DNA from: Laetmonice hystrix
Lineage: Eukaryota
Assembly: GCA_965235115.1 (NCBI GenBank)
Contig: OZ249440.1
Coordinates: 12,090,001-12,154,000, forward strand
Length of the DNA stretch: 64,000 nucleotides
Direction: 5' to 3'
A program made the position numbers and the translations under genes. Of this stretch, positions 1 through 13,400 are shown one piece after another (positions within the stretch are counted from its first letter, which is position 1; the number at the start of each line of letters is the position of its first letter). The notes beneath the pieces were generated by a model. It was not told the origin of the DNA. It saw only the letters and a list, made by a program, of their open reading frames with translations, and made no database searches.

Positions 1-956
1 ACGCTGTGGTAACCGATTTTAACAGGTGTCTGCCCAGAGAGTAGGAAGATAATCCAACAGGTGTCTGTACGTCTCACCAGGCTCACATCGTTATTATTAG
101 CCCCATAATCGCAGCGTTCCTTTGTTCCATTTCCACTTCACACCACCCAATTAAACGCTGAACCGTTTTCATGCCGAACCTGCACAACTTGTCATTTGAA
201 ATTATAAAAAAACATCACTTTTTTAACCGTCGCTATTTAAAGCATCCATCAGCAGTTTTTGCTTCCTCGTCATGTCCAGCCTGCTCCAGGGATGGAACAA
301 CCATTAGATGGATGGTGTTTGGGAAATAAATACGCGTAATTAGGACAATCAGTGTTTTTCATTCGGAGTTCGACATTTGCATTAAGCAGCAGTGACGCTA
401 CGTCCATGCCAATTACAGAGGTAAGGCCAGTCACGACCATAAATTGTATAAATTGAGTCTAACCAATTCAGCGCAATTTAAACTCCTTTTCCTGACTTAA
501 AAGAGCCCCACTGAAGTTCGCTGTGACACTTTGCTCCAAATTAGTGTCTTTCCTTTGTTCCTTAATCCTGGCGACATTCTCTTCTTCTAAACATTACTGA
601 TGCTGTCACATCGACGATGTCACAAGGGACGCACACTATCCAATCTGGTTGGTGTGAACCTGGCCAGTGTCATCAATTTATATATAATTATAAGTCATGG
701 TAGGAATTAATCCATGAATATCTGTAACCGATATCCGATCAGGAACGCCTTGGAGGAGTGGTACTCCATTACTTGACCAGGCGCAATCTATCCATCTTCA
801 TTACGGGCTCGGCAACACCTTATTTCTAAAAATTGGTATCTTTTCACAGACATGCCCTGTTGTTCAAAACTTCCCAAACCCTCCGCTGTTTGGTTAAATT
901 TGTCTCGGCTCCCTGTTTTGGTACAGAGTTGTACGTTAGAAATGATGTGTACTTAC

Positions 957-1059
957 TGTATCGTTTAGGTCCATCTTCCAGACAGAAGGACAGTGTCAGT
1001 GTGGCATCATCCTCAAAGAATTCCGTCGCAAACGCATCCCACCAGAGATTGTCACTTTC
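957..1059 (-). CDS. LDB1/2: LIM domain-binding protein, dimerization-domain exon (ESDNLWWDAFATEFFEDDATLTLSFCLEDGPKRY)
   Basis: The translation is nearly identical to vertebrate LDB2 (DSDNLWWDAFATEFFEDDATLTLSFCLEDGPKRY). Acceptor tttactcacAG at 1061-1060, donor GTAAGT at 956-951. 103 nt, phase 0 in and phase 1 out. The next exon (TIGRTLIPRYF...) was not found in 1-950, so the gene runs off the window. Confidence 0.97.
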
Positions 1060-3497
1060 CTGTGAGTAAAAAGAAAGACATAGAATGATCACCCTGTCTC
1101 CCAGCAACTGGCCCATACAGGTACAACCTTACTGAATACCTAGCAAATAAATGCACCACAACGTCAGAATCTGCCCTGTGGAGCCATCCTGGAGCCCTCC
1201 CCCGGCCCTCCTCCAGCCGTCTACCCCCTTTGCCGTATCTTTCGTCCACATAAATTTACCGGGGGTACACTGATTCTCAGAAAGATAACTCAACAATATT
1301 CATCTCAAGCAGGGGATATCCATCCACTAACATGAATAATGGATTCCAGTAGTGTTATTCTGCATACCATACGGCAAAATATATCACTTTCAAAGTAGGC
1401 TACTATTACTTTAGACCCCTCTCAGACCCCTCCTCAACAACAACAACAAAAGAAAACGGGTCAATTTCTCAGTGAGAGTGGTGTTGCCCGGTACCTGTGC
1501 ACCTGGTCTGCTATGTTTGCCTGGCACACCTGTGTTGACACATAGATCACCTGCGATATTGCCTGGCACCACGCCTACTCATAACTCCATGTTCATGTCA
1601 TATTCCTCCAAATGTGGGTAATAGGACTAACAGTCCATGAAAGTACGTATGGAAACCAAAAACCATGCAATCATCAAATCAAACTACTAAAAGAAATAAC
1701 AAAAATAAAATGTCAAGAAAACAAACGCTATTTTTGAGCAAATGTCGAGTGCAGATCAGATCACAGATATCAATATGAGCAAATATACCTAAATAAATGC
1801 GTGGTCTCCTGTTCTAGTTAATCATATCAAGTCCCTCTCATCCTCCATTCTGTTTGGTGGTTTTCATTATATCACGCTTATGTTGACTGATTTACAGTGG
1901 TTCTTTTGTCAGGAAATTATTAGGAAGTATCAAATATTGGAGTCCATGTACACTTACACTGTCGTCATAAGACGATGGTATACTGAGGCCTGTCTACAAT
2001 CATAAATCTGGGTCCTCTGTAACACGAGGCGGTTCAAAGGTGACTTTGGTGTCTCAGATACTGGCTCTGATACACAGAGACAGGAAAGGTGAGGATGGAG
2101 TTGGTGGGGTGGGTGGATCTGATGATTCAGTGCTTTTTCTGACATCATCTTCGGCTCTGTCCTCCCTATCCATGGACAACTGTCAGAAATAGAAACTCCA
2201 GAGCTTTGACAGGGACGGAGGGTGCTGAAGGCACACCTATGGGGCAGTACATACCGACTATAAAGACATTTTCTATTCTGGTTCCTCTTTAGACATCAGT
2301 TCTCTAACCTGTGATGGTGTCCAACCGAGAATTGGTCATGATCTATACTTCCTAGATGTGCGTGTACGTGTTTCTTGTTATCACACCTGAATCATGGTGC
2401 TGGGAACGTGGGAAGCTCTTCAAGTGGTAATCTTATCTAACTTACTTCTATACTAATCTGTACACTGAATCCTTCAGACCTCAACTAATGCTAATCACTA
2501 TTTGTGCTTTAGTTTATAAACCATACAATATAGTTTGTATTACCGACTTTTATACTGGTATAAAATACTATCTACCGTCAGACAGCCGAGTCACAGATAG
2601 CCACAGCACTATCTCTAACATAGTGATTAATGCTCTATCTCATAAAATAACTTGGACCTTGCCTTAATCAATTTCTGTTCACCGCTACTTCAGGATAGAA
2701 AATCTCATTGTTCTGAAACCTTTGTAGACCACGAACTGGGACCGTGTAAACAGAGATTTACTCGGTCGGGACTGACGGGATTTAACTCACATCCCCCCCC
2801 CCCCCACCACCACCACCATTTTAGTATAGGCTACAATATCCCTCAAGAGGAGGCGTGACGATATGTCTGGAGGTAAAAAAAGCTATGATTGGTTCCTGCT
2901 ACACTCTCCAAGCCTGGAGTGAGGTTATACAGTGCAGGGGCCACTCGGCAAGCAGCCAATCCGGACTGGCAGCGGTCCAGTCCCCTGTCAGCCCCAAACC
3001 ATGTCATGACATAATGGGGCGGTAAGACTTCAAGTAACAAAATAAGTTACAAAACTTCACGCAATACTTAATCAAAATTATTGATGATTCCACGGTGAAC
3101 ATAAATACAATCAAACAAATAATAATGGTCATCACATTGCCTCTGATATATGCCTTGACTTATCCCCCCCCCCCCCCCCCAACAAAAACACCCTTTAATT
3201 ACTTACTTTTATGGCCTGACAGGTTCTTAAATCAGTTTAACCAAACTAACCAGTGCTTCACTTCTTCATGCGTTCATATTTTAAGGATTCAGTGAAAAGA
3301 AATGGGACGACGAGCCGATGGCCTGCTGCCAGGACTGTGTGTCACTAGGGGGCAGTGCGAGCAGTTTTATTCTCCCTCTGGTAGGACCTGTTCACAGTAA
3401 ACCCACCTCCATGTCAGCCAACTTCCCGCACAGCCCCAGGCGGCCGAGAGTAATAGCTCTCGTCTTACTGCCTACTGTCCTAATAAGTGTTTGATTT

Positions 3498-3909
3498 ATA
3501 TTGCCGCACTTACTTACACCACAGCCAGTTCTAATACAGGAGGAACAGTCTTTAGAAACCCCATCCCTGTTCCCTAACCATATTGCCGCACTTACTTACA
3601 CCACAGCCAGTTCTAATACAGGAGGAACAGTCTTTAGAAACCCCATCCCTGTTCCCTAACCATATTGCCGCACTTACTTACACCACAGCCAGTCCTAATA
3701 CAGGAGGAACAGTCTTTAGAAACCCCATCCCTGTCCCCTAACCATATTGCCGCACTTACTTACACCACAGCCAGTTCTAATACAGGAGGAACAGTCTTTA
3801 GAAACCCCATCCCTGTCCCCTAACCATATTGCCGCACTTACTTACACCACAGCCAGTTCTAATACAGGAGGAACAGTCTTTAGAAACCCCATCCCTGTCC
3901 CCTAACCAT
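3498..3909. repeat. Minisatellite, 82-bp unit x5
   Basis: atattgccgcacttacttacaccacagccagttctaatacagg... recurs at 3498, 3580, 3662, 3744 and 3826 and is nearly identical each time. Confidence 0.97.
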
Positions 3910-6900
3910 CACATTTGCTTTGACTGGTAAATTTAATTCTTACTGAAAAGATTAGATGTAACGTCTGAGTTCATTCATGGCGAGTACATGCTGGTCTTCT
4001 AACTTAGTCTATATGGAGAGAAGGAGCTATCACCAGGCAAAACATCGAACTACATTCATAGAATCTTATACCCAATCACAATAAAAACTGTGACCGTCCA
4101 GTGGTACGCAACTAGGCCAAGGGTCACGGTGGGAGACACCGACTACCGGACCGATGGAATCTATCCTAGCCCGGGTCCCAGCAGACTACCTAACGTATCT
4201 CCTCCTAGGTACAGGGTGGGCAATCTAGGTCCCCACGCACAGAACTAGTTTGTATTTCTTTCTTTTCATGTCTGTATTTTTTTATACCTCCTGACTTTAT
4301 ACGTAAAGTATGATCTACTGTTTAATGTCAGCCACAAAGTCCTAGTTAAATATAGTTAACTTCAGATCCATTCCTACCATTGAGATTCATGACCCAGGTC
4401 ACTTAACTTTAGGTGGTGGAGCGGAGGGTATTTTGAACCAAAAGAAAAAGCATACAGTACCTCCAAGTGGCATAGCTAAATCAAAATTCACAAGGATATA
4501 TTTATCACGAGAGGGAGTTGCCTTGCCTGCCCCCTGGAGGCCGCCGGTCTGACGACACGTCGTAGGCACACACCGACCAGTCAGGGACCACAAAATATTG
4601 GCTGGTCGCCCGTGGCTGAGCACGCTATATCAGATCGTGGAACGGCTAATCCTGTGGGGACCCATGGATTACACCGGAGTCGGAACACGTCCGCCTGCCT
4701 GCATATACTACTGCCACCGGCGCCTTCTAATTCATCGGATTAAAAAAAAACAGAAAAAAACGAAGGCGTTCATTTTCAGAGTGCTCGACTATCACCAAAA
4801 AAGAAGTGACAATTCATTTTCTGGGATTTATTCTCATTTCCCCAAATATGGCATTCCTTTGTATTTGTTATTTTATGCTGTCTATATGTTGGTCTATCTG
4901 AACCCTAGTAACACTATTATATCAATGCTGGTCCTTTACTTTTGGTAGATGTGTACCTCAGTAACCCCCTTGTGTTGAAGCGGGCGGAGACAGGCGTGGC
5001 CGGGTGGTGGGCAGACAGCCCTGCCCGCCGGCTGAAGGTACCCACGCAACCGTCATCCTTCCACCTGAACATTCCGTGATACACCTGAGACTTAACCACC
5101 GTAGTTCACGTTTCTAGTACCGTCCCACTCCAGCCGAGTCCCTAACCGCATCACATGCATGTAGTTAGGGTCGCTTCATGTCAATTTACAGCCAGGATTT
5201 GCCGCTTCTCGGAATCCCTGTTGAACGCTCCTCTTCAGCGAGATCTCTTTTTGTTTTTCAAAAACTGCCTCATGAATCCGGGATAAGACTTGGAGAAAAT
5301 CTGTTCAAAATCTTTAAATGGAGCCATAATAAGAACCAGGCTTCCAGAATCCGGAACATGTCTCATAATTTATGTTGCTGTGTTAACCTTGATCCATCCT
5401 TAAGACGCATGGAATTCTACTCATAATTGCAACAACCGCTGACCTACATACATTATTCGAGTCAGTCGGAGAAACATGTACATGCATCTGGATAGTCTTG
5501 ACAGTGGGCATGGCCCTGAGCCAAGCGGTCTGACCTCTACCAAGGCAGGGAAGGGGGAGATGGGACCCAACAGCCATCAATCATGTCCATGTCATTCTAG
5601 GTCAGGCTGACCCCATTGACCCAATTAGAACGCAACACATGTGGCCCCGACGGCAGAGACCAGCAGTCATACCAAACAGGATCTAACTCCGGTAGTGTAA
5701 CAAATACCACTGTAATTTGGTTTACTACCACCAAATTCATTACCCCGGGGACAAATACTTGGCTGAAATATTACTTAACAAAAAAGAAAATGAAATACAG
5801 TTTTCCAGAACCGGAAATATGTTTTCAAATTTTCATAAACTTTTTTGGCTCCGCTTTTGTTTGTCTGTTTGTCTTTTTTGGGGGGAGGGGTGTTTCTTGT
5901 TGTTGTCGTTGTTCCTTCTTTGCCCCTGTACAAGAGGGAATCTTTAAGGCTGTGGTAAAATGTAACCACACCTGCTCCCTTGACTGAAGACCAACGGTTT
6001 GGGTCAAAGACAATGCTGGCAGTGGGTGTGGGATCAATGCAGGCTTCGTTCAGAATCTGGTGGATCAGAGGCAGCCTACGTCAACCACCTGCCACCACCT
6101 GACACTGCCTTCTGATCCTCCCGGCGCTCTGGCATCAGGTGCACACTTCGGCGTTTTGGTTGTTGCACCACAAAGCTGCAACATTGTAATCCACCGGTAC
6201 AGTTGGCTTTGAAGGCAAGGACACTGGGCATTTCTGGGTGAGAATGGAAAGGGGCCTCGATAAAAGATGGGGAGGGGGAAGGGAAATCAGAACGGCGTCA
6301 TAAATCACCCACATTTTCCTTGGACCATAGCGGACCTATCTCATATCGACTTGTACCGCACCACCTGAGACCGATCCACGTCAACCCGCAGTCTTTAACC
6401 AGATGAGGCCAGTTCTTTTCCTGGTTGGCCATCTTACAGACAATCAACTTCTGAGAATATGTACAGTCCTTTTGTCATGGCAACAGATGTTGCAGACATC
6501 AAGATTGTTATGGTGAATATCTGTTAAATCTTTACCGAAGTAACATATGAGATACTGCTTTGTAATCTTGCCTTCATTTTCATTTCTATTTAATAATCTG
6601 GCTTATACCCGTTTTTCTTTTAAAAGAATATTGGACAAGAATGAAATCAGTCCGGGTAGTCTGAGCTTGGCAGCTTCCTGCAGCGCCTGCGCAGGACAAA
6701 CCAAGTGGCTGCGCGCAGCATCCTGGGACGGAGGTCATGTGACCTGTGCCTGGACTTAGCGCTGTCAGATCTAATTAGACTTGGCTGCTCGGCGTGCCGC
6801 TGGGGAACATTACTAGTCTGTCCAGGCTGTGTCGACGTCCCCCACCCCCGCGTCTACCCGACCAATCCCCTCCACGGCCATGGCCCTATTTTTTATCTGA

Positions 6901-7945
6901 ATGGCCCAAGCTTTATCTCACTACAGAAATGGCCCTATAGGTTCATTAATTTTAAACATAGAATTCTCGTAGCTTCCTCGTTTTCAGACGATGGTCCGAG
7001 TTTCACCGGACTGGAGCATGACAATTATTTACGACACTCTCAATATTAATTTTCATACTGGTCTGTAGAGGCCAACTCCTATTGCTTCATACTGCCTGTA
7101 GTTCGTGCTCTGTCTAGGTCGTTTATCATACTATTTCTTGGTTATGCCATTCGCTGCGCATTGGCTGCAGGTCGTGGCCATGGGTTTGTTTTGTCTGCAG
7201 GTCACTGGTCCATCCTTCCTGCAGGTATTAACCTAGCTACCAGTAATTGAAAGGTACGGGGGTCGATATCGATATCTTCAGATTATACTGTGTCCGCAAT
7301 CAAGATCCAGATAAATCCCCTCAGGCTCACAGGTTACCTTGTATCTGACAGTTCCGATTGACAATTCTCTTTTTTAAATTCCATATAGAGAGCATTAAGC
7401 AAAGACTTGTCCTACTGCCTCAGGAAGACCCTGTAGCTGATGTTAGTCATGTGACCAATCCTGGCTCAAACCGAGGCTCCCGCTACTGTTCTCGACCTTA
7501 CCAAAGGTCAGTGAGACGCAGACGATAGCCCGCCACCATGCATCGACAGTATTAAAACACAATCATGCATCGACTGTAAAGCAAGAAGCTTTTCCTTAAA
7601 TACTTCCTTCGTGAAAAAAAAAAGATTCTTAGCAGCGGCAAGCCCAGGGCGTCTTCTTTGAAACACTCACCCAATGATGCAGGACAAAGATCAAAATCCT
7701 GCAGAACACTGGCCCGCCGCAATGGCCAGGGCTTCAGTCTCTTTTTTCGTTCCGAATCAATTCAGCGCAGACCTGTGTTGGATTGCGCCTTGATTCGCCG
7801 TAAAAGTTATTATTAAGGTTTGGAAAAGCAGAAGATAAACAACTAAATAAAGTAGAAAGTTAGAATTCTTTTGAAAGGTTCCTATTATACCAGCTTACCA
7901 GAGCCATGGTTATGTTACATGCGGATACTCGCTGCTGGTGACGAC

Positions 7946-9781
7946 GAGAGAGATATTAGATACAAAGTGCGGTAATATTGAATCCCTTGTATTTCATAAT
8001 ATTACGTGATATTTTCACAATATTCCGATATTTGCGGAATACCCTCCCTTTGTAACCATCTATTCCAGCTTCCGTATCATCAACACCACCTTGTTTGATA
8101 TTTCTCTCAATTCGTACAGATCTGATAGTTTTAGCTCAAGACGTTATCCCCCTTTCCTTTCAGGTCACCAGTAATGTGCTTCCAACTTCATCCAATTACA
8201 TTGTGTACTGCACGAGATACTGGAATCAGCTTTTGTCGATTTCTTGTCTTTGGCGAAAGTGGACACTAAAAGTTATCAAAAACCTTATAGAAAAGACAGT
8301 GAGTGAGACTCGATAAGATCAGGTGTAATAATTCTGACAGAATGAGTGTTGGAAATCAGTGTCAGTGGCGGTAAGAGTGACGACTATGCCGGCGATGGGC
8401 ACGGCCTTCTTTAATTAACCGTCCCCCTATTATAGCTATTGAGGGACGTTAACTGTGGGCGAATCAATAGTAAACGACACTGGCAGAACAAGGAGGACGT
8501 GCTTGTATGGATCGTATTACTCCATCTTTCTGCGCTCTCTCTCTCCCCCTGCATGACTAATTATATACCTTCTATATTGAGCACTGTGCTACAATCCCGT
8601 CTGTACAAATCGTCGCCAATGGGCCTTGAATGTAATATATATCTGTATAAAATCTCTTACATTGTCTACTAGATTACAGATGTTTCCAAACACGTTTTTC
8701 TTGTGTGCTACATGAGCTTAGCTTCTGTAATCTACTGGATCTCATTTCTCTGTCTGAAACTGATGTTGACTAAAGTAGCCCTGGAGGAAAAATATCTCTT
8801 CACTCGTTTTACTCCCCTCTCTTAATTCTTACTACATCAAATCTTCATCGAACATGTTACCAGCAGATTATTCTCACAAAGAAACATCAATTTTTCAAAT
8901 CAGTTTTTCTACCCTGTAACAAACATTATATTTACAGAATTGCCGCGTAGACTATTTAGATTCTATAGGTCACGAAACTATAACACTGACGTCCGAACAA
9001 TCATCGAAACCTACATGGAAATATATCCTTTACTAATCCTCTACAGGAACGACATGCGCGAGTACACTACTAACAATCTACAAGGACTGTACGGTTTATA
9101 ACCATGGGTCCTTCTATCATAGTAAACTACAACATATGGCAAGACAACTGAACAACAAACCAACACAAACATTTTCTACATCTAACAACGCTGCAATTCG
9201 CTACCAATGCGGGAGCATTGGCACCCGACAAATACTAAAGCAGAACAAAAACCTACTCCGTGAAGAAAACAAAATAAGACTACATTTATTTTCAGTTTCA
9301 CGGAAGCAGGGACCGAGAGGCCCGCTGTCTCTGGTAAAAGGGGGTCAACATGAAGGGGGTACCTACGTTCTCTCCAGGTCCACCTGGTGGCTGAATCGAG
9401 AAAGAAGAACACTGCAGCAGGCGGTAGCAACAGTGGCTCAGGGTATACACAATGTACATGACACACCCCACGGCCGCCACAACCAATTCAATACCACCAC
9501 ACAAACAGTACACTCTCAACGTCAATACCTCGAGTTTAAACGGCAAACAAAACACACTGGTACAAACAAGGAACTCTCCTGTCACTACGAACGGGACGAG
9601 GAGCGGGTGGGGAATGAGTAGCACATTATTTAATTATTAAAGAGGGTTGGAGTGGAAATATCGCACAATAATCCTGTCGTCATAGGATTCAATTATTAAC
9701 GTGGGTTAACGTGGAAATATCGCTCTCCTGGTGCGATATTATTGAATTATTAACGACGATTAACGGAGGAAATATCGCTCT
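7946..9781. mobile_element. Putative decayed DNA transposon with degenerate inverted terminal/subterminal repeats (unclassified)
   Basis: 7946-8018 is an imperfect reverse complement of 9652-9728. GGAAATATCGC occurs three times at the right end (9654, 9713, 9768). An A-rich interior carries an unassigned + strand ORF (9136-9621). Confidence 0.5.
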
Positions 9782-10436
9782 GTAATCTTGGTGAACCCCG
9801 AAGTAAACATTAACCGGAGCTCTGTCTACTCTGTCAGATATTGAAGACAGGTTCTGAGGAGTTTATCTCATGAAATGATGCCGAGGGAACAAACCGCATA
9901 GAACACCTTGTTGACACAATTTACGACTGAATATCTTAATATCAGGGTCAATTTAGGGACTTGCTGAAAAATCCCAAATGAGGAAATGAAATTTACAAAT
10001 CAATTTCAGTCAGCTACAAACGGTTGTCAAATTCGTTTCCCTTCAACCCTTTGGGACTTTATCACTTAATAGCAGGCGTCTCTTCAGGTGGGCACCAGAA
10101 AAGTGACAAATCAAAGGTTGTTAAGATTTCACCCCAAATATTACTACAAATACTGTCATGTTCATTTGTGCTGGTGACGGCTCTGCAAGCTGCCCTCCGA
10201 CTCTGTGACCTTGGATTGACCTACTGACAGCCAAAGGTCAAGCCCTTTGGGAGTCTGGTGGCAGGTTTGATGGACAGGACCAGATCAAGTGTGGCGTTTT
10301 GTCTGGAGGCCCGGACAGGTCAGTTAAATGGTCAGCTGCTAGACGCCCTGACTCACACGACACGACGGCAAATCTCCCATGCTAACGCGTCCATGAAATC
10401 TGGTGGTCAGAACTAAAATTGTATCACTATAATCCT

Positions 10437-10932
10437 TGCCCCAGACCTATCCCTGTCCCAGACCTCACCCTGCCCCAGACCTAACCCGAATCCCTAACCT
10501 CGAGTCTCCAGAACTCCCCAATAACCTATCCCTAACCCTGTCCCAGACCTCACCCTGCCCCAGACCTAACCCTGTCCCAGACCTCACCCTGCCCCAGACC
10601 TCACCCTGCCCCAGACCTCACCCGAACCCCTATCCTCGAGTCGCCAGATCTCCCCAATAACCTATCCCTATCCCTGTTGCAGACCTCACCCTGCCCCAGA
10701 CCACACCCTGCCCCAGACCCCTAACCGCGAGTCTCCAGAACTCCCCAATAACCTATCCCTACCCCAGCCCTCACCCTGCCCCAGACCTCACCCAAACCCC
10801 TAACCTCGAGTCGCCAGAGTCCCCAATAACCTATCCCTATCCCTGCCCCAGACCTAACCCTGCCCCAGACCTCACCCTGCCCCAGCCCTCACTCGAACCC
10901 CTAACTCGAACCCCTAACCCGAACCCCTAACC
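10437..10932. repeat. Complex C-rich minisatellite (ccctgccccagacctca / ccctaacc / cgaacccctaa modules)
   Basis: Interleaved short modules are directly visible. The minus strand is G-rich with TTAGGG-like hexamers. Confidence 0.92.
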
Positions 10933-13194
10933 GCCAATTTCATGGGAATGTTACCACGGGGCAATATCCTAACCGACCTTCATTCTCAGAGACGATCACA
11001 CTGATCACCGGCAGATTACAGATTGTAGGGTTGTTGTTACGTATCTAAGCCAGTAAACTCGACACGTAGAAAGTTTCAGAAATGCATGTAAATCACAAAT
11101 TATGTCACAGTCTCCACCGTGCGCGTTGACTTCGAGCCATTCTTTTTCAAGCCTTATTTAAAAAAACACATCTTCCCCTTTATATTCGATATTTTAAAAG
11201 AAGACAATAACTAACAACAGGATTCGTAACCTTATCACCCGCGCTCCTGTCAACAATTTCCCCCCGAAATACAAGCTTGAAGGACAAGGATGAAAAAGGA
11301 ATCATGCAATTCTGTGCGTGCCGCTCGGAGCAGACGGCTCTGGTGGGGACGGTGGGTGGGTGTCTGATACGGCGGCTAACCGACCGCGGGTCTCCGCCAT
11401 GGTCATTTGTGAGCAACAAACTCACTAATGGAAAAATCAATCTTCATTGGAATTTATTCCCACTGCACTAATCTGTTTTTCCCCCTCTCCACTCCTGCGC
11501 TGTGTGACCTGCTTGGAGAAAGTGTCAGATATCCTGGAGTTGGTCGAGGACAGAAATCTTCGGTGTTCAAATGTACACATGACAGAAGTCGAGTACCATT
11601 GTACGCACCTCACTACGGCACACTCCGAAGTCCCACTTTGCTGCACCTGTATGGAGGGATGGAGGGAGGGAGGGTGAAAAAAGGATGTCAACAGTTTTTA
11701 TCGACCAGATTAGAATCCAGATTAACTGGCCTCCTGAGGCCTCCGACCATTTTTTGTGCGTGGACCAGTACGTCTGTGGCTTATCGGCCATTACATCAGC
11801 GTGGCGCGCGCTGTACCCTCCTAAACCCAGCCCCCTCCTCCAATCAGCTAACCCCTTACAAGCAGCGTATAATGACCAAATCGGGGGCGTTCTTTCTCAC
11901 AGAAGTAAAACCTGCCAGCGTGTTCAAGATCCTCGCCCTTCTGTACATGGGAGCTCTTTGTACCGGTCACAAATTGGCTCCTAACTACATATCACTCATT
12001 AACTGGCCGCGGTTTGCCTGACTGAATGCACACCAGATTAGCTATCCAGCCAGGCCTCCACCAACACCAGGGTTAACCACGACCATAGATCACTGCTGGC
12101 TGGTTGCCCAGCAATGGTTGCTAAGCACCAGGCACTGTACCATCCATCTTCCCAGTGACACAGCCCTGATTACCTCTCCCACCCCCACCCCCTCCAGCCC
12201 CCTTTTCCTTTCTGCTATCTGGACTTGGTCCAGAGTCCTGCTTGCCTACATGAACCTGGTTTAGGCGAGAAATTTTATCTTGATTCTCTAACAAAACTTT
12301 CTAAAAACTCAGCAAGTGTGGCTTGGTAACGGAGGAAGTAAATAAAAATCAAAGATCAAACTATGCTTCATAATATAAATATTACAAAGAGCAGCCGTAT
12401 ACCATGGACTGGTGTTTATTTAACGAGACACCATTCTTGAAGGTTTCGGCCTGACCTGGGGAGTCTAGAGAAAGGATCCACTGTGGGACAGCATGAGAAG
12501 TCCAGGGATAAAAAGACGCCTGAAAACCGAGACTGTGCCTTTAGCACTTGAGACAAACGGAGGCCGGGCGTTCCCGCAGGTAGTCTATATCTGTGTGAGC
12601 GGGAGGCCACCGGTCATATCAGTGGTCGTCTCGACCTCCCCGTGCACGACTGCCGCGGACAAAGATAACAATCAAAGACGGAACATAATCCTCCTGCCGG
12701 ACTGTCATCTTCTCATCTCCAACACGCCAAGCATATTGGAAAATTCAACACGATCCTTTCTTTTTTAAGTTTCATATATGGCAACATGATCCCCATCCAG
12801 AAAGGATCGCAAATGGCAACGCTCACCTAACGCCCAATCAACAGCCGAATCTGAGGCTTAGTGTCAACTTTGAACTTGAACGTTATACAGCAAAGGCCGC
12901 CTTGCCCGATTGTCCATTGTTCTGCGACATTTGGCATGACATTACTGTTTCTAGCTTCGGAAAGGACATTGAGTTTTAAGTTGAGCTCTGACGATGTACG
13001 GGGTCAAAGATTCATTGGGATCTGAGATGCAAGGAGTAACGTTACATATTGCAAACCCAGCGCAATCCCAACAAAACAAAAACACTCATACAGCAGCTTA
13101 GCCATCTCACAATGTCAGTTCCAATCAAAGCCTAGTCCCTCCCTGTGTCTGCCAATCAAGCGCCTAGCCATCCATCAGTGTCAGCCATCCGGTG

Positions 13195-13400
13195 TGGGGG
13201 TCACAGTGGCTCAGTGGACTGATGATCACAGTCGCCAACCTCTGGGAACGAATTCCCGTCTTGCCGTATGTGAGAAAGATCGTCAGTTACTTGCTACAAG
13301 ATTGAAGGTCGTCACCGGGTACTCCGGGTTTCTTCTCTCGACTCGAAATGACCTGCAACCACTCCTGAAGAACATAAAACTCCACGATACCCTTTTCTAT
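13195..13400 (+). mobile_element. tRNA-derived SINE-like element (V-SINE-like core)
   Basis: A-box-like gtggctcagtgg, degenerate B-box ggaacgaattccc, then cagttacttgc...gaaggtcg...ccgggtactccgggtttc, which resembles the conserved V-domain of metazoan SINEs. Confidence 0.6.

Noticed and set aside
1-950. Next LDB exon (TIGRTLIPRYFRSIFEGG)
   Set aside because: No matching translation was found; the exon must lie beyond the left edge of the window.
2200-2230. TTCAGCACC half-site on the minus strand near 2222-2230 resembling RE1/NRSE
   Set aside because: The GGACAG half is missing, and a 9-bp match can occur by chance.
11428-12021. 197-aa + strand ORF, the longest non-repeat ORF in the LDB intron
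   Set aside because: No recognisable domain, no coding-like composition and no convincing splice signals.
13195-13270. tRNA gene
   Set aside because: Only degenerate A/B boxes are present, with no cloverleaf; a SINE head explains it better.
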